Positions 39,097-47,825 of a DNA stretch of 47,825 bases are shown here, in pieces. The notes beneath the pieces were generated by a model that saw nothing but the letters and a program-made list of their open reading frames with translations, was not told the origin of the DNA and did not search any database. The stretch is from the IMG/VR virus record IMGVR_UViG_3300030399_000026; one strand, written 5' to 3'. This stretch comes from a virus. Position 1 is the stretch's first letter. Each line of letters begins with the position of its first letter. Made by a program: the position numbers and the translations under genes.

Positions 39097-41940
39097 TTAG
39101 AAGCTTCCCAAAATAATTTCTAACTCAAGGGCTTCGGCCCGGAATGCTACTGGTTCAGTGTGGCGAATCTTGAATGCCCTGCGGCGGAACCTGCCTGCCG
39201 GTGTCACCGTTGCCCGTTGCCCTTGCTGCGTACTCATGAAGCGGCTAGACGAATACGACTGGTAGTCGTTATCCGAGTAACTCACCATCACGTTGAAGGA
39301 CTGGATGTCCGCGATGAGGGTGATACGGCGGCAGACCTTCCACTGGCTTATGCCGCCATCGTACCGGTCGGTGATGATCTGGAGGTCGATAGGTCCACCG
39401 TTGTCCGTCACGTCAGTCGAGTCCTGTACGTAGATGGCGCCGCTCGTCGGGTCCTGAAGATAGTCCAAGTCCATCACCTGGGCACTGGCGACCGGACGGA
39501 AACAGTTCTCCGAGAAGTTGGCGAACCCAGCATTGCCAGGATTCCCTGCCGGAGCCGTACCGATCTGGTACGTGAACGTGTTGGTGTCGACTACCGTGAT
39601 GTTGAAGATGCCGTTGTAGTCCGGGATGACGGCGCCCTGGATAACGACAGGATCGCCATCCGAGGAGCCGTTGTTGGGCACCACTGCCGTCACCGTGCCA
39701 TACGGGTCCGCTTCCAACAGCGTAACCTGCTGAGTCGGGTTCTGCGTGTTGGACGTGAAGATGGTCCACAGGCCCGAGTCGAACGAATAAACGAGCGTGA
39801 TGTTAGTCGTGCGCAAGGTCAACACGTAGCAGCTATGGCCGTACTGATCCACCGAGAACGCCGAGATGTTATTCAACGGATCGTTCTGGAGGATACGGTC
39901 GACGAACGCTGTGCTGATTTTCACCGGCATATAGTTCTGGATCATGTAGACCGAGGCACCTTCACGCCGGGTCTGGCCGATCCACACGACCGAGTTCTGC
40001 ATCTCGATCACCGACTCGCCAGCGGCGCACCCAACCAGCGAAGGCAGGGACGTGTTGGGCAGGAGCGGGGAAGCGGGCGGCGGTACACCCGCATCCGCGA
40101 AGAACTCCATGCTCCACACACCGAAGCCCACCACGTAGTTGAGGTACTTGGCAATCGCCACCCCACCGTTTGGTTCGTTCTCCATTGCAATGAAGCCTAA
40201 GGCAGTCCACGTCGAAGGGTCGTTCTCTGCCGAGTTCCAAATCTGCCCTTCGGGGTCCATCACGAAGAAGAAGGTATCGAGGTAGACGATGCCAGGGACC
40301 GTGACGGTTGGGTAGTTAGGAACGTTCGACAGCTTCGTCAGGGCGTTCAGGTTCGAGTTGAACGAGTACAGGTCATGCGTCGACTTGAACACCAGCAGGG
40401 GCGTGGTGATCGAGGTAGCGGTCTGAGTGAAGTGGTAGAAGCCGCCTGCTACGTTAGGGGCCAGGGCCACCGTCAAGCCGGTGAAGTCGACCAGCCACAC
40501 GTCATCGTAGAAGGTGGAGGTTGCCGTGGCTTCCCCACCAATCTCCCAGAGATTGCCGAAGCCGAAGAAGGCGCCGCCACTTCGTACCGGCCACCCCGCC
40601 GAGAAGTTGGTGCCCGTATTCTCGAAGGTCACGCCGTCCGTGGTCGACCAGATACGTTGAACGTCAGAGCCGGAGGCGCTGTATTCGAGGAGGTAGACGA
40701 CACCGTTCAGGGTAGTGGCCTGGAGTTGTTTGGCCCCGCCGTTGGAGGTGCCGTCCAGCATCGCATAGGCGCCAGCATTGAACCCAACGTTCAGGCCAAA
40801 GGCTACGTTCGGGGCTCCCGTGTAGCCGCTTCCGACGTTGCCGAAGGTGACTTGTACGTAGGGTCCGAGGGCTGACTTGTCCCCATCCCCATCGTCATCA
40901 AAGTCTGTAAAAGCATAAGCTGTTGCTCCCGTGCCGCCAGTGCCACCAGAAACCGTGATCGGGCTCGGGATAGGGAAGTCTTGCCCGTAGGAGTCAAACG
41001 CCGCAATAGGCCAAACACCAGATGCCGCAACAGCGAACGGGTTTGAAGATGAGCGGGTCCAAGTAGTGCCATCGGGGGAGGTCCAGCAATCAGAGGTTGC
41101 AAAGTGGAAAGGGTCCGACAGTTGTCCGCCGACGACCGTCAGCTTGGTGCCCATCCAGAAGAAGCCGAGGTTCGAGCGGGCAACCCACGGGGCTTCCTTG
41201 GCGCACTGCGTCCACGAGACGCCGTCAGGGGAAGACCAGACATCGGAGTAGAAGGTGTTGCCTGCTCCGTTGGAGGCGGGACCGGCTGTACCCCCTGCGA
41301 TGTACATGAGAGAAGAGGAGGCGGTGACGCCGAAGGAGAACCGAGGGCCGAATGCCGCCGCACTGATCTGAGTCCAGTTGATCCCATCGGGGGTCGACCA
41401 CACATCCCCGAAGACGATGTTGCCCGAGCCAACACCAGTCGTCCCGCCCATCAGGTAGAGGGTGTTGTTGAAGACGATGACCGAGGCGCCGCCCCTGGGG
41501 AACCATGCCGCCGTCCCATTGTTGACCCAGGCCAAGCCATCGACCGACGACCAGATATCGTTCTGTGGGACTCCTGCCGAATTGATGCCACCGAATATCC
41601 ACAGCTTGCCTTGGAAGCCAACTCCCATAGGCAGTGTGCGGGTAGAGAAGGTAGCCGACCCTGTGACCTGTTGAGCGGTCAGGACGATGGAGGACGCCCC
41701 GAACGCATTGAGCGTATCGCCCGAGATGGAGTAGAGGTTGCCGAGGTAGTTGTCGATGCCCTGCCCAATACCTACCGTCCCCTGGAACGCCAACCTTTGC
41801 CCCGGCCTTTTGATGACGCGCAGAGTCCCCCGAGTCGACTGCTCGATGATCCCGTTGAGGACCTTCGCATCGGTCGAGGTGGTAGCGTCCCTGTTCTCCA
41901 GGGGCTCGACAAGAGGGAAGCGGACTGGCGGTTGATCCAT
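39097..41940 (-). CDS. Tail hub/nozzle protein (P22 gp10 / T7 gp12-like ends) with an inserted beta-propeller (947 aa)
   Basis: The N-terminus, FPLVEPLENRD...KVLNGIIEQSTRGTLRVIKRPG, resembles the stabilisation/nozzle family. Residues about 105-300 carry 4 or more roughly 48-aa repeats of the form xxGG...D(V/I)WSSxDGxxWT, which are Kelch-like blades with Asp-box SxDGxxW. Confidence 0.6.
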   Translation of the reverse strand: MDQPPVRFPLVEPLENRDATTSTDAKVLNGIIEQSTRGTLRVIKRPGQRLAFQGTVGIGQGIDNYLGNLYSISGDTLNAFGASSIVLTAQQVTGSATFSTRTLPMGVGFQGKLWIFGGINSAGVPQNDIWSSVDGLAWVNNGTAAWFPRGGASVIVFNNTLYLMGGTTGVGSGNIVFGDVWSTPDGINWTQISAAAFGPRFSFGVTASSSLMYIAGGTAGPASNGAGNTFYSDVWSSPDGVSWTQCAKEAPWVARSNLGFFWMGTKLTVVGGQLSDPFHFATSDCWTSPDGTTWTRSSSNPFAVAASGVWPIAAFDSYGQDFPIPSPITVSGGTGGTGATAYAFTDFDDDGDGDKSALGPYVQVTFGNVGSGYTGAPNVAFGLNVGFNAGAYAMLDGTSNGGAKQLQATTLNGVVYLLEYSASGSDVQRIWSTTDGVTFENTGTNFSAGWPVRSGGAFFGFGNLWEIGGEATATSTFYDDVWLVDFTGLTVALAPNVAGGFYHFTQTATSITTPLLVFKSTHDLYSFNSNLNALTKLSNVPNYPTVTVPGIVYLDTFFFVMDPEGQIWNSAENDPSTWTALGFIAMENEPNGGVAIAKYLNYVVGFGVWSMEFFADAGVPPPASPLLPNTSLPSLVGCAAGESVIEMQNSVVWIGQTRREGASVYMIQNYMPVKISTAFVDRILQNDPLNNISAFSVDQYGHSCYVLTLRTTNITLVYSFDSGLWTIFTSNTQNPTQQVTLLEADPYGTVTAVVPNNGSSDGDPVVIQGAVIPDYNGIFNITVVDTNTFTYQIGTAPAGNPGNAGFANFSENCFRPVASAQVMDLDYLQDPTSGAIYVQDSTDVTDNGGPIDLQIITDRYDGGISQWKVCRRITLIADIQSFNVMVSYSDNDYQSYSSSRFMSTQQGQRATVTPAGRFRRRAFKIRHTEPVAFRAEALELEIILGSF

Positions 41941-42674
41941 TACCGGCTCCGGGTATCGTAGAGGAACCTGACCGAGTCCGTGTTCTCCTGCGACCAGTTA
42001 ATCATGTCCTCGTAGGCTTTCGCCGCGCGCTGTTGGATCATCTGGACGCGGTCGAGAGACGTGGCGTATTCGAGGCTGATCTCATTGGCAAGGCACCACG
42101 TCAACCCCATGTAGCATTCCTGGGGGAAGTCGACCGGGTCAGTGCCAATCTCGACATCGTTCAGCGTCACGAGGCCAATCATCCGCAACGAGTAGTTGTC
42201 ATCGGCAGGAGTGGGGTAGACGAAGATTTCAGAGTTCTGCGGTTCGATACTCCCGTTGTTGTCATTGAACGGGCGATAGAGCATCGAGTTCACTACGCCC
42301 AGGGAGTTCTTGCTTCCGTACATGTTGTACTCTTGAATCGAGAGTTGATCGATGGGAGTATCGAACTGGGTGGGGTTGAACCGGACGAACGCCTGCTGCA
42401 CCTTCAAGATGCGGGTCGTCACGAGTGAGCCAGTGCCGGTGGCATACGGCCCAATCTGATACGTCCTCTGTCCCGCCACCAGCGGCAGCACCGTCTCGAC
42501 CACCTTCCACATAGGCTGGCCCTGGAGTATCCACGCCTTAATCATCATATTGAAGGCGAGACTCACATACTGGTAGTCTTGGCTGGTCGGCGGGTTCGTG
42601 GCGTCGTAGGTGCCACAGAGCCTCAGAGCCCTGTTGATGACATCGTCCCGGCTAACGCTAAAAGTGGTGCTCAT
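41940..42674 (-). CDS. Head-to-tail adaptor-like protein (244 aa)
   Basis: The pattern VINRALRLCG...QDYQYVSLAFNMMIKAWILQGQPMW resembles podovirus adaptor (gp4/gp11-type) N-termini. It lies directly upstream of the hub gene with a TAATG overlap. Confidence 0.5.
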   Translation of the reverse strand: MSTTFSVSRDDVINRALRLCGTYDATNPPTSQDYQYVSLAFNMMIKAWILQGQPMWKVVETVLPLVAGQRTYQIGPYATGTGSLVTTRILKVQQAFVRFNPTQFDTPIDQLSIQEYNMYGSKNSLGVVNSMLYRPFNDNNGSIEPQNSEIFVYPTPADDNYSLRMIGLVTLNDVEIGTDPVDFPQECYMGLTWCLANEISLEYATSLDRVQMIQQRAAKAYEDMINWSQENTDSVRFLYDTRSR

Positions 42675-42675
42675 C

Positions 42676-43236
42676 TCAACTCGCTGCGTAGAGGATGTAA
42701 GAAGTGGTCGAGCCGTCGCCAGTGGCGAACTGGAATTGAACGATAGTCCAGAGAACCAGAGCGTTGTCTTTCCACGTGCCTGACCATGTCAACACATCAC
42801 CTTCGTTGGGGGAAGACGTGAAGGTGAGGTTGCCGAAATTGGACGTGAGGTTGTAGTCGACACCGGGCGTCTGGAGGATGCGATTGCGGTAGACGGCGGG
42901 AGTGCCGATGATGAGGTTGCCGTACTCGACGCCCTCGGTTGGGGTGACGCCGTCGCCAGGGTTGGGGGTGCCGCCGAGGATTGCAGGACCGGCGCCGAGG
43001 CCGAGTTGGCCGAGAGGCAGGAAGACAGGCCGTACCTCGGGCTGGGTCCAGGGCGGCGCCTGCTCGTCGGGCACACCGCGAACGAAGTCCTGGGGCTGGC
43101 GCGGTTCCCAGTCCTCCTTGCAGACGTAGACGCCGTCCCACCGCAGACGCAACTCGCTGGCCTTGCGCTTGAACCCGCAGACCCGGCAGATAGCGTTGTA
43201 GTCGCCCAGCTTGAAGTAACCCCGATTCCCGCTCAT
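42676..43236 (-). CDS. Tail-associated protein with an N-terminal Cys4 element (186 aa)
   Basis: YNAICRVCGFKRKASELRLRWDGVYVCKEDWEPRQPQDFVRGVPDEQ is a motif recurrent at N-termini of podovirus tail or fibre proteins. The C-terminus is beta-rich. Confidence 0.5.
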   Translation of the reverse strand: MSGNRGYFKLGDYNAICRVCGFKRKASELRLRWDGVYVCKEDWEPRQPQDFVRGVPDEQAPPWTQPEVRPVFLPLGQLGLGAGPAILGGTPNPGDGVTPTEGVEYGNLIIGTPAVYRNRILQTPGVDYNLTSNFGNLTFTSSPNEGDVLTWSGTWKDNALVLWTIVQFQFATGDGSTTSYILYAAS

Positions 43237-43451
43237 GGCAACGTCACCCCCGCATTGATCCCCTGGCGAGCGGTCAAGGTCACGTTCGCAGCGGCGCCGA
43301 GTTCAGTGCAGCAGGGGTTGCAGAGCAGGACAGATGGGATCACTGCGACGAGATTCGAAGCGGCGCCAGCCAGGACGGGGGTATTGAAGTTCGACTTGTT
43401 GAGGCTTTGATTGCCACACACGTCGCAGATGTAGAACAGTTGAGTAGCCAC
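43233..43451 (-). CDS. Cys-containing small protein (72 aa, GTG start)
   Basis: RBS ggag plus 7 nt. Contains CDVCGN...CNPCC. Confidence 0.45.
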   Translation of the reverse strand: MATQLFYICDVCGNQSLNKSNFNTPVLAGAASNLVAVIPSVLLCNPCCTELGAAANVTLTARQGINAGVTLP

Positions 43452-43471
43452 GAGTACGCTCCATAAACTAG

Positions 43472-43494
43472 GAAAAGCCCTCGGGGAGAGGGCT
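43472..43494 (-). terminator. Candidate intrinsic (attenuating) terminator within the structural operon
   Basis: The minus strand reads AGCCCTC-tcccc-GAGGGCT followed by UUU. Confidence 0.4.
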
Positions 43495-43531
43495 CACTAC
43501 GTAGACTCGTTGCGGGATTATACCGCAGATT

Positions 43532-43726
43532 TTAGCAGGAGGTGAATTGGTCCGGGGAGGCATGAACCAAAAGAGTCTGGTTCCTGGCTTCAATCAAGCC
43601 GGGGTGGAAAGCTACAATACGTACTTCGATACCTTTCCACAGGACACGTTCCCCTACCCGAAGAGGTTCTGGCGCAACCCCCTCCGTCACAACCGATAAG
43701 GCAATGGGATTTGAATACAGGCCCAT
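43532..43726 (-). CDS. Hypothetical protein (64 aa)
   Basis: Clean ORF within the operon. Confidence 0.45.
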   Translation of the reverse strand: MGLYSNPIALSVVTEGVAPEPLRVGERVLWKGIEVRIVAFHPGLIEARNQTLLVHASPDQFTSC

Positions 43727-43734
43727 ATAACCTC

Positions 43735-44061
43735 CTACGAAAGCGTAACCGTTACGCCAGTGGGCGATTGGTAGGTAGCAGGCGGCACGACCACAGCCGG
43801 GACCGTAAAGGCGGTTGTCACGGGATTGCCAAGAGGCGCTACCCCATTGACTGTCATCAGGCCATTGGCTTGAACAGTGACCGTGTAGTCGCCTGGGTTC
43901 AAGGCGGTAGCGAAGGTGCAGGTGTCGGTGGTAACCGACTGCGATTCAATATGCCCCGTGCCTGCGGCATGATCCAGGCTGAACACATAACCCTCAAATG
44001 ACGCAAATCCGTCCGGAAGGTCTGCGGTTTCGGTGGTGATAGTTGCAGTAGCGATAGCCAT
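43735..44061 (-). CDS. Ig-like/beta-sandwich small virion protein (108 aa)
   Basis: The Thr/Val-rich strand pattern includes GDYTVTVQANG. Confidence 0.45.
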   Translation of the reverse strand: MAIATATITTETADLPDGFASFEGYVFSLDHAAGTGHIESQSVTTDTCTFATALNPGDYTVTVQANGLMTVNGVAPLGNPVTTAFTVPAVVVPPATYQSPTGVTVTLS

Positions 44062-44075
44062 AAATTACTCCTAAG

Positions 44076-44531
44076 TTAAGCCCCGCCAACACTGATGGGG
44101 CGGTACTTGACAGTTTGAAGCATCAGGGTCCAGGTAACTGTACCCGCTGCCAGGGCATCGATAACGATTACCGAAAAACTAATGGCCCCTGTCACACCAA
44201 CACCGGCATTATTTTGCAATCCCCCGAACCACTTGGCTTCTATCTTACCCCGGCCTGACAACTCTGTGATGAGGATAGGTGTGGTGGCATTCCAGTACAA
44301 CTGGATAGCGATGCCGTCCGAAATGGAATACTGAATGCAGTCAATGCGCAAGCGGGTGGCCGGGTGTAATCCGCTCATGCCAGGGTTCATGTCACTCAAG
44401 GACCCGTTAGTTGGGTCTTGAATAATCGTAAACGCTGGCAAGGCGGGTGTTGGAGCCGTGTCATCCCCTGTGGTTTTTGTAACCACATTACGCGGCCCAT
44501 CGATTTCAATCTGAGTCGCATTCGAGGCCAT
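44076..44531 (-). CDS. Virion structural protein (151 aa)
   Basis: Clean beta-rich ORF. Confidence 0.55.
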   Translation of the reverse strand: MASNATQIEIDGPRNVVTKTTGDDTAPTPALPAFTIIQDPTNGSLSDMNPGMSGLHPATRLRIDCIQYSISDGIAIQLYWNATTPILITELSGRGKIEAKWFGGLQNNAGVGVTGAISFSVIVIDALAAGTVTWTLMLQTVKYRPISVGGA

Positions 44532-44532
44532 C

Positions 44533-45312
44533 TTACCGCTCCTTCTGGGCTTGGTGGAAGTCCGCCAGACCGGCGATGATAGCTCCCGTGGCCCCGTTGC
44601 CGAACACTATCGTCGGAGACAGTGGGACAGTCGGAAGAGTCGGCGCCGTCAAGCGGGCTACACAACCAGCGTTGTTCGGGCCGTTCGTGGTGCCGATGTT
44701 CGACTGCGGTACGAAGCCAACCAACTGCGTATCGGCGTAGAACTCTACGTCACCTTGGCGGGTGATGTAGATGGCGAGGTCGAAGTAGGTTGCGTTGGTC
44801 AGGGCAAGAGCGCCCAGAGGGATGTTCACCGAGACCGTGGCCGAAGCCACCGTCACGTTGCCCACCAGTTGTACGCCACCAGCGGCCTTGCTGAAGTACA
44901 CGCCATTCACCACCGTAGGGGTGGCCGGAGCCGCAAACGTCGCAATCAAGCCAGCCAGAAACGTCTGGGTGGTTACGTTCGCCATCTGAAAGCGGCCTTC
45001 CCAGAACACCTTCTTCGGGGGGGTGTTGACAGTGAAACCGCCCACCGGAGTTTGCACACCAGCAAAGGAACCGGCAGCAACCAGCGTGGTGAAGGAAGCA
45101 ATGCCACCATCACCGGCAACTACAGCATTCGTCGGCGTGGTTCCGATATTGACATAAGCCCCGGTGATCCCCAAGCTCTGGTCGAAGTCATCGACAAAGG
45201 CGTGGTAGAACAACGGGTTCCAATTGCCGCAATCAGCGAGAGGTTGGAACGGGGCATCAGGCGTGCCGCCCGAAGTCTGCCGAACCGGAGGTTGAGAAGC
45301 TACTACGGCCAT
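44533..45312 (-). CDS. Virion structural protein, jelly-roll-like (259 aa)
   Basis: RBS ggag plus 5 nt. Contains LFYHAFVDDFDQSLG...GDGGIASFTT. Confidence 0.55.
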   Translation of the reverse strand: MAVVASQPPVRQTSGGTPDAPFQPLADCGNWNPLFYHAFVDDFDQSLGITGAYVNIGTTPTNAVVAGDGGIASFTTLVAAGSFAGVQTPVGGFTVNTPPKKVFWEGRFQMANVTTQTFLAGLIATFAAPATPTVVNGVYFSKAAGGVQLVGNVTVASATVSVNIPLGALALTNATYFDLAIYITRQGDVEFYADTQLVGFVPQSNIGTTNGPNNAGCVARLTAPTLPTVPLSPTIVFGNGATGAIIAGLADFHQAQKER

Positions 45313-45321
45313 GACCGCTCC

Positions 45322-45501
45322 TTAGATTTGGGGCTTACCGTTCTTGAACGGATGGGCGATTGTCTTTGCACCGAGGCCAGGGTTGCGCTTCGACACGGGC
45401 GTTGCCGTCATCGGCACTGCCTTGAAGGGAGTGTTGGGGAGGGACACGCCTGCTGCCTGCACGCCCAGCTTGTAATCTTTCCGATTGCGAGAGTCGGCCA
45501 T
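45322..45501 (-). CDS. Possible 59-aa basic protein
   Basis: Hand translation fills an otherwise empty 190-nt gap. Product begins MADSRNRKDYKLGVQAAGVSLPNTPFK.... The RBS is weak. Confidence 0.3.
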   Translation of the reverse strand: MADSRNRKDYKLGVQAAGVSLPNTPFKAVPMTATPVSKRNPGLGAKTIAHPFKNGKPQI

Positions 45502-45504
45502 GAT

Positions 45505-45672
45505 CTATTTCCGTTTGGACTTGCGGGCAGTTGAGAGGGCCACTGCGACGGCTTGCTTATTCGCCTTGGCCTTCCCGAACTTCTTCGCCGTCTTGGCGAA
45601 CGTCTTGCCCTTGTGGAACTCAGAGATGTTCGAAGAAACCGTCTTCTTCGATGAACCCTTTTTCAGAGGCAT
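45505..45672 (-). CDS. Small lysine-rich basic protein (55 aa)
   Basis: Uses internal ATG 45672 of the 45505-45861 ORF. MPLKKGSSKKTVSSNISEFHKGKTFAKTAKKFGKAKANKQAVAVALSTARKSKRK resembles a widespread small basic protein family. Confidence 0.5.
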   Translation of the reverse strand: MPLKKGSSKKTVSSNISEFHKGKTFAKTAKKFGKAKANKQAVAVALSTARKSKRK

Positions 45673-45685
45673 GACGTTCTCCAGA

Positions 45686-46606
45686 TTACGGCCCGTTCGA
45701 CCCGAAGAGACCACGAGGATCGGTCCAGAAGAACGAGTACCGTTCACGGGACTTCGCCTTGGCGTTGTCGGTGTCGAAGTCGTTGTCCTGCTCGAATGAG
45801 ATTGGGACACGGGTGTAGGACTTAAGGCCGTCCGGGCAGTTGGTGCGGAGGAACCACGCATGCGGCGACGTGAGGTAATGATTCACGTGGATGCCGCCTG
45901 GGATGGCGCCAGTAGCCTTGATGACGTTGATGTCATTGTTGGCCGTGCCCGGTTGGAACACCGACTTCATGATTCGGTTGGCATTGAACCATTCCTGACG
46001 CGGAACGATCAAGCGTTGCGGCATGATGTTGATGAGGTTGCCCACGTCATCCGCCGTACCCATGATCTGGATGATGAGGTCTTCGAGCGACGCTTCCGAC
46101 AAGTCGGCGCCCACTGCGAGCATGTTCGAGAACGAACCGCCCGAGGTGTTCGGGTGAGCCACGTTCAGCAAGCTCACTCCGTCGCCGCCGTTGAAGCCGG
46201 TGGTGAACGCGTTGTTGTAGATGTTCGCTGCGACGTTCTCTTTGGTCTGGCGGAAGCTAAATGCCAGACTCGCAGCACGCCGCTTGGACACCTTCTCGTA
46301 GAGGTCATCCTCCAACTCTTCCTGCGTCACGATGTAGCCGAGGCTGTACGTGAGGTGGACGTAGCGGGAGATGAAGCCCTGGAGTTCCGAGGTGTAGATC
46401 GTACCGCCAGACTCGGGCTTGACCGGAGCCAACCCGAAGCCGGTGATCTGAACATCTTCCTCGTAGTTCTGGTGCGAGGTGTCCTGCTCGAAGAGCATCG
46501 GCCATTCTTCGGGATGCTCCGCGTAGGTCCGACCCCACCACGCCTTGATACCCGGCCACAAGGCTTTGGGGTGGGTGCCTGTATTGATGATGCCACCAAC
46601 TGCCAT
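45686..46606 (-). CDS. Major capsid protein, HK97 fold (Mu gpT-like, 306 aa)
   Basis: The size, position and segments such as RYVHLTYSLGYIVTQEELEDDLY and ...RERYSFFWTDPRGLFG are typical of gpT-type capsid proteins. Confidence 0.75.
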   Translation of the reverse strand: MAVGGIINTGTHPKALWPGIKAWWGRTYAEHPEEWPMLFEQDTSHQNYEEDVQITGFGLAPVKPESGGTIYTSELQGFISRYVHLTYSLGYIVTQEELEDDLYEKVSKRRAASLAFSFRQTKENVAANIYNNAFTTGFNGGDGVSLLNVAHPNTSGGSFSNMLAVGADLSEASLEDLIIQIMGTADDVGNLINIMPQRLIVPRQEWFNANRIMKSVFQPGTANNDINVIKATGAIPGGIHVNHYLTSPHAWFLRTNCPDGLKSYTRVPISFEQDNDFDTDNAKAKSRERYSFFWTDPRGLFGSNGP

Positions 46607-46630
46607 GATGATTCTCCGTTGTGGTTAGGT

Positions 46631-47293
46631 TTAGACGCCGACAGTGCCAGGAGACGGCTTGCCGTACTGATGCGTGTTGAAGACAACCAACAGCGGCATG
46701 TTCACACCGAATGCGACGTTGGGGCGGTAGGGAATTCCGACGATCTTCAGCGGCAGGGTAGCCGTCACAGCGATGGTATCCACCACCGTTGCCGAGAGAG
46801 GTCCGATTGTGTTGGCAGGAGCCGTGGGCAAGAACGAGGCGTTGGAACCCACCGTGGTAGCTTGCGCTGCCGCGAGAGAAGCCGAGCCTTGGATTTCAAA
46901 TAGCAGCGAAGGATCGTCCGCCACCCAAACGTAGTAGTCGTTCAGCTTGGCGGCTGGCACGAACTGGAGGTTCAAGTTGACTGCGGTGCCTTGAGTTTGA
47001 CCAGCGCCGACACCGATAGGGGCAACCTGCACGCCGACGATAGCGCCGATGGGCAAGCAAGCTGTCTGGGAACCGGTGAAGCCGGTGATGTTCGGGACAC
47101 CGTTGATGTCCGAACCTTGCGTGGAGCCGTTCAGACCGGCAGCAGGGACCAACTGAACAATGTCGCCATTGTAGTAAGCCTTGGTGTCGGTCGACTGGAT
47201 GTGGTACAGGTTCGCCTTGCCGTTCCAGGGATTTCCGTCCTGGGTCTGGACCGGCTGGAGGCCATGCGGAGCGGCAGGGTTTGCCATTGTCAT
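46631..47293 (-). CDS. Head protein upstream of the major capsid protein (decoration or cement candidate, 220 aa)
   Basis: Beta-rich, Gly/Val/Thr/Ala-rich ORF. Its role is inferred from position only. Confidence 0.45.
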   Translation of the reverse strand: MTMANPAAPHGLQPVQTQDGNPWNGKANLYHIQSTDTKAYYNGDIVQLVPAAGLNGSTQGSDINGVPNITGFTGSQTACLPIGAIVGVQVAPIGVGAGQTQGTAVNLNLQFVPAAKLNDYYVWVADDPSLLFEIQGSASLAAAQATTVGSNASFLPTAPANTIGPLSATVVDTIAVTATLPLKIVGIPYRPNVAFGVNMPLLVVFNTHQYGKPSPGTVGV

Positions 47294-47302
47294 TCTCCAG
47301 AA

Positions 47303-47806
47303 TTATGAAGTCGTCGAGCCGTAGTCGATGCCACTTTTCGGAATGTAGGCACCTTCCACCGGCGTAGTCGTTCCCGTTCGAATGGCCTTGTCGATTGCTG
47401 CGGCCCGCTTCTGGTAGAACGCATCGTTCTCGTTCTTCCATTCCTGCTTGATCTTCATCAAGTAGGCTACCAGCGGCCCGCCCTGTTCGGTGTGCCCTAC
47501 GATACGGCTAACTCGGTCGCCGGAGTCAGCGCTTGCAGCGCCCATTCCCGGCTCTATCTCGACTTCACTCTGGGAGACGAACTCGTATCCGTTAGCCAGG
47601 GCCTCATTCACCCTATTGGGATAGTCGTTGATCCAGTGGCAGTATAACCCACTTGCCATAAGTTTGCTGCAATCGACACCAAGCTTCGATCCGCCGAGCA
47701 TCGGACGGCGGGAACGGCCCGCCGTTTCGCGATCTGTGATGGACCGTACTTGCGGCGCGATAGCCTCACGGGTGGGGATGCCTTCGTGCTGGTCTTGCTT
47801 GCTCAT
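47303..47806 (-). CDS. Head-module protein of unknown role (167 aa)
   Basis: Clean ORF. Its start lies inside the terminal repeat, and it follows the scaffold-like gene across the circular junction. Confidence 0.55.
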   Translation of the reverse strand: MSKQDQHEGIPTREAIAPQVRSITDRETAGRSRRPMLGGSKLGVDCSKLMASGLYCHWINDYPNRVNEALANGYEFVSQSEVEIEPGMGAASADSGDRVSRIVGHTEQGGPLVAYLMKIKQEWKNENDAFYQKRAAAIDKAIRTGTTTPVEGAYIPKSGIDYGSTTS

Positions 47807-47825
47807 GATGGTTCCTTACTGGTAG
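47699..47825. repeat. Right copy of the 127-bp exact terminal direct repeat
   Basis: Identical to 1-127 by direct comparison. Confidence 0.95.

Noticed and set aside
43500-43545. A sigma70-like promoter (TTCACC-N18-TATAAT on the minus strand, TATAAT at 43517-43522) within the structural operon.
   Set aside because: It would fire directly into the hairpin terminator about 20 nt downstream. A single hexamer match is weak evidence, so it was not annotated.
45505-45861. The full 118-aa ORF overlapping the 3' end of the major capsid gene.
   Set aside because: The first 63 codons are the out-of-frame shadow of the capsid gene (S/T/P/R-rich). Only the internal-ATG 55-aa basic protein (45505-45672) was kept.
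1-47825. Lysogeny module, phage-encoded RNA polymerase, CRISPR array, reverse transcriptase / DGR, and toxin-antitoxin pairs.
   Set aside because: I looked for integrase or recombinase motifs, a single-subunit RNAP-sized ORF, regularly spaced repeats, and RT motifs, and found none. The only regulators are small HTH proteins.

Overview
The window is a complete tailed-phage genome. Its first and last 127 bp are identical, so it closes into a circle or is terminally redundant, with a unique length of 47,698 bp. Gene content is podovirus-like. A Gram-negative host is inferred from a signal-peptide outer-membrane beta-barrel gene, a GH108 lysin and an SLT domain.

Two divergent transcription units leave an ORF-free 0.8-kb region (6620-7416) and collide stop-to-stop at 28712-28715.

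Minus strand (late), in transcription order: tRNA, two small genes, TerS-like protein, TerL, a 240-nt GC-rich gap, portal, GroES-like co-chaperonin, scaffold-like protein. After the circular junction come head proteins, an HK97-type major capsid protein, an adaptor-like protein, a beta-propeller tail hub, Gly-rich internal proteins and a 1000-aa SLT-bearing internal protein. These are followed by a PurD-like ATP-grasp ligase, fibre-like proteins, an NlpC/P60-like hydrolase, holin-like proteins and a GH108 endolysin.

Plus strand (early/middle): about 25 tiny ORFs, a JAB/MPN protein, a free-standing HNH endonuclease, and a recombination module (Cas4-like exonuclease, Sak4-like ATPase, SSB-like protein). 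Then an outer-membrane beta-barrel, an XRE-type HTH, a HAD phosphatase, a family-A DNA polymerase with a UDG-like N-domain, and a P-loop helicase-like protein. The polymerase is split into two ORFs by MazG-like and HTH-AP2 genes.

Most notable observations:
- Three canonical type II hammerhead ribozymes in the early operon, each 3-4 nt after the stop codon of a tiny hydrophobic ORF.
- Two large ORF-free, helix-rich gaps (13786-14146 and 20763-21042) that share 7-10 nt sequence blocks.
- The hairpin- and repeat-rich 0.8-kb divergent region next to the tRNA.
- The split polymerase.
- The PurD-like ligase, translationally coupled inside the virion/lysis operon.

No integrase, phage RNA polymerase, CRISPR array or rRNA was seen. 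All family assignments come from motif recognition by eye, not from database searches.
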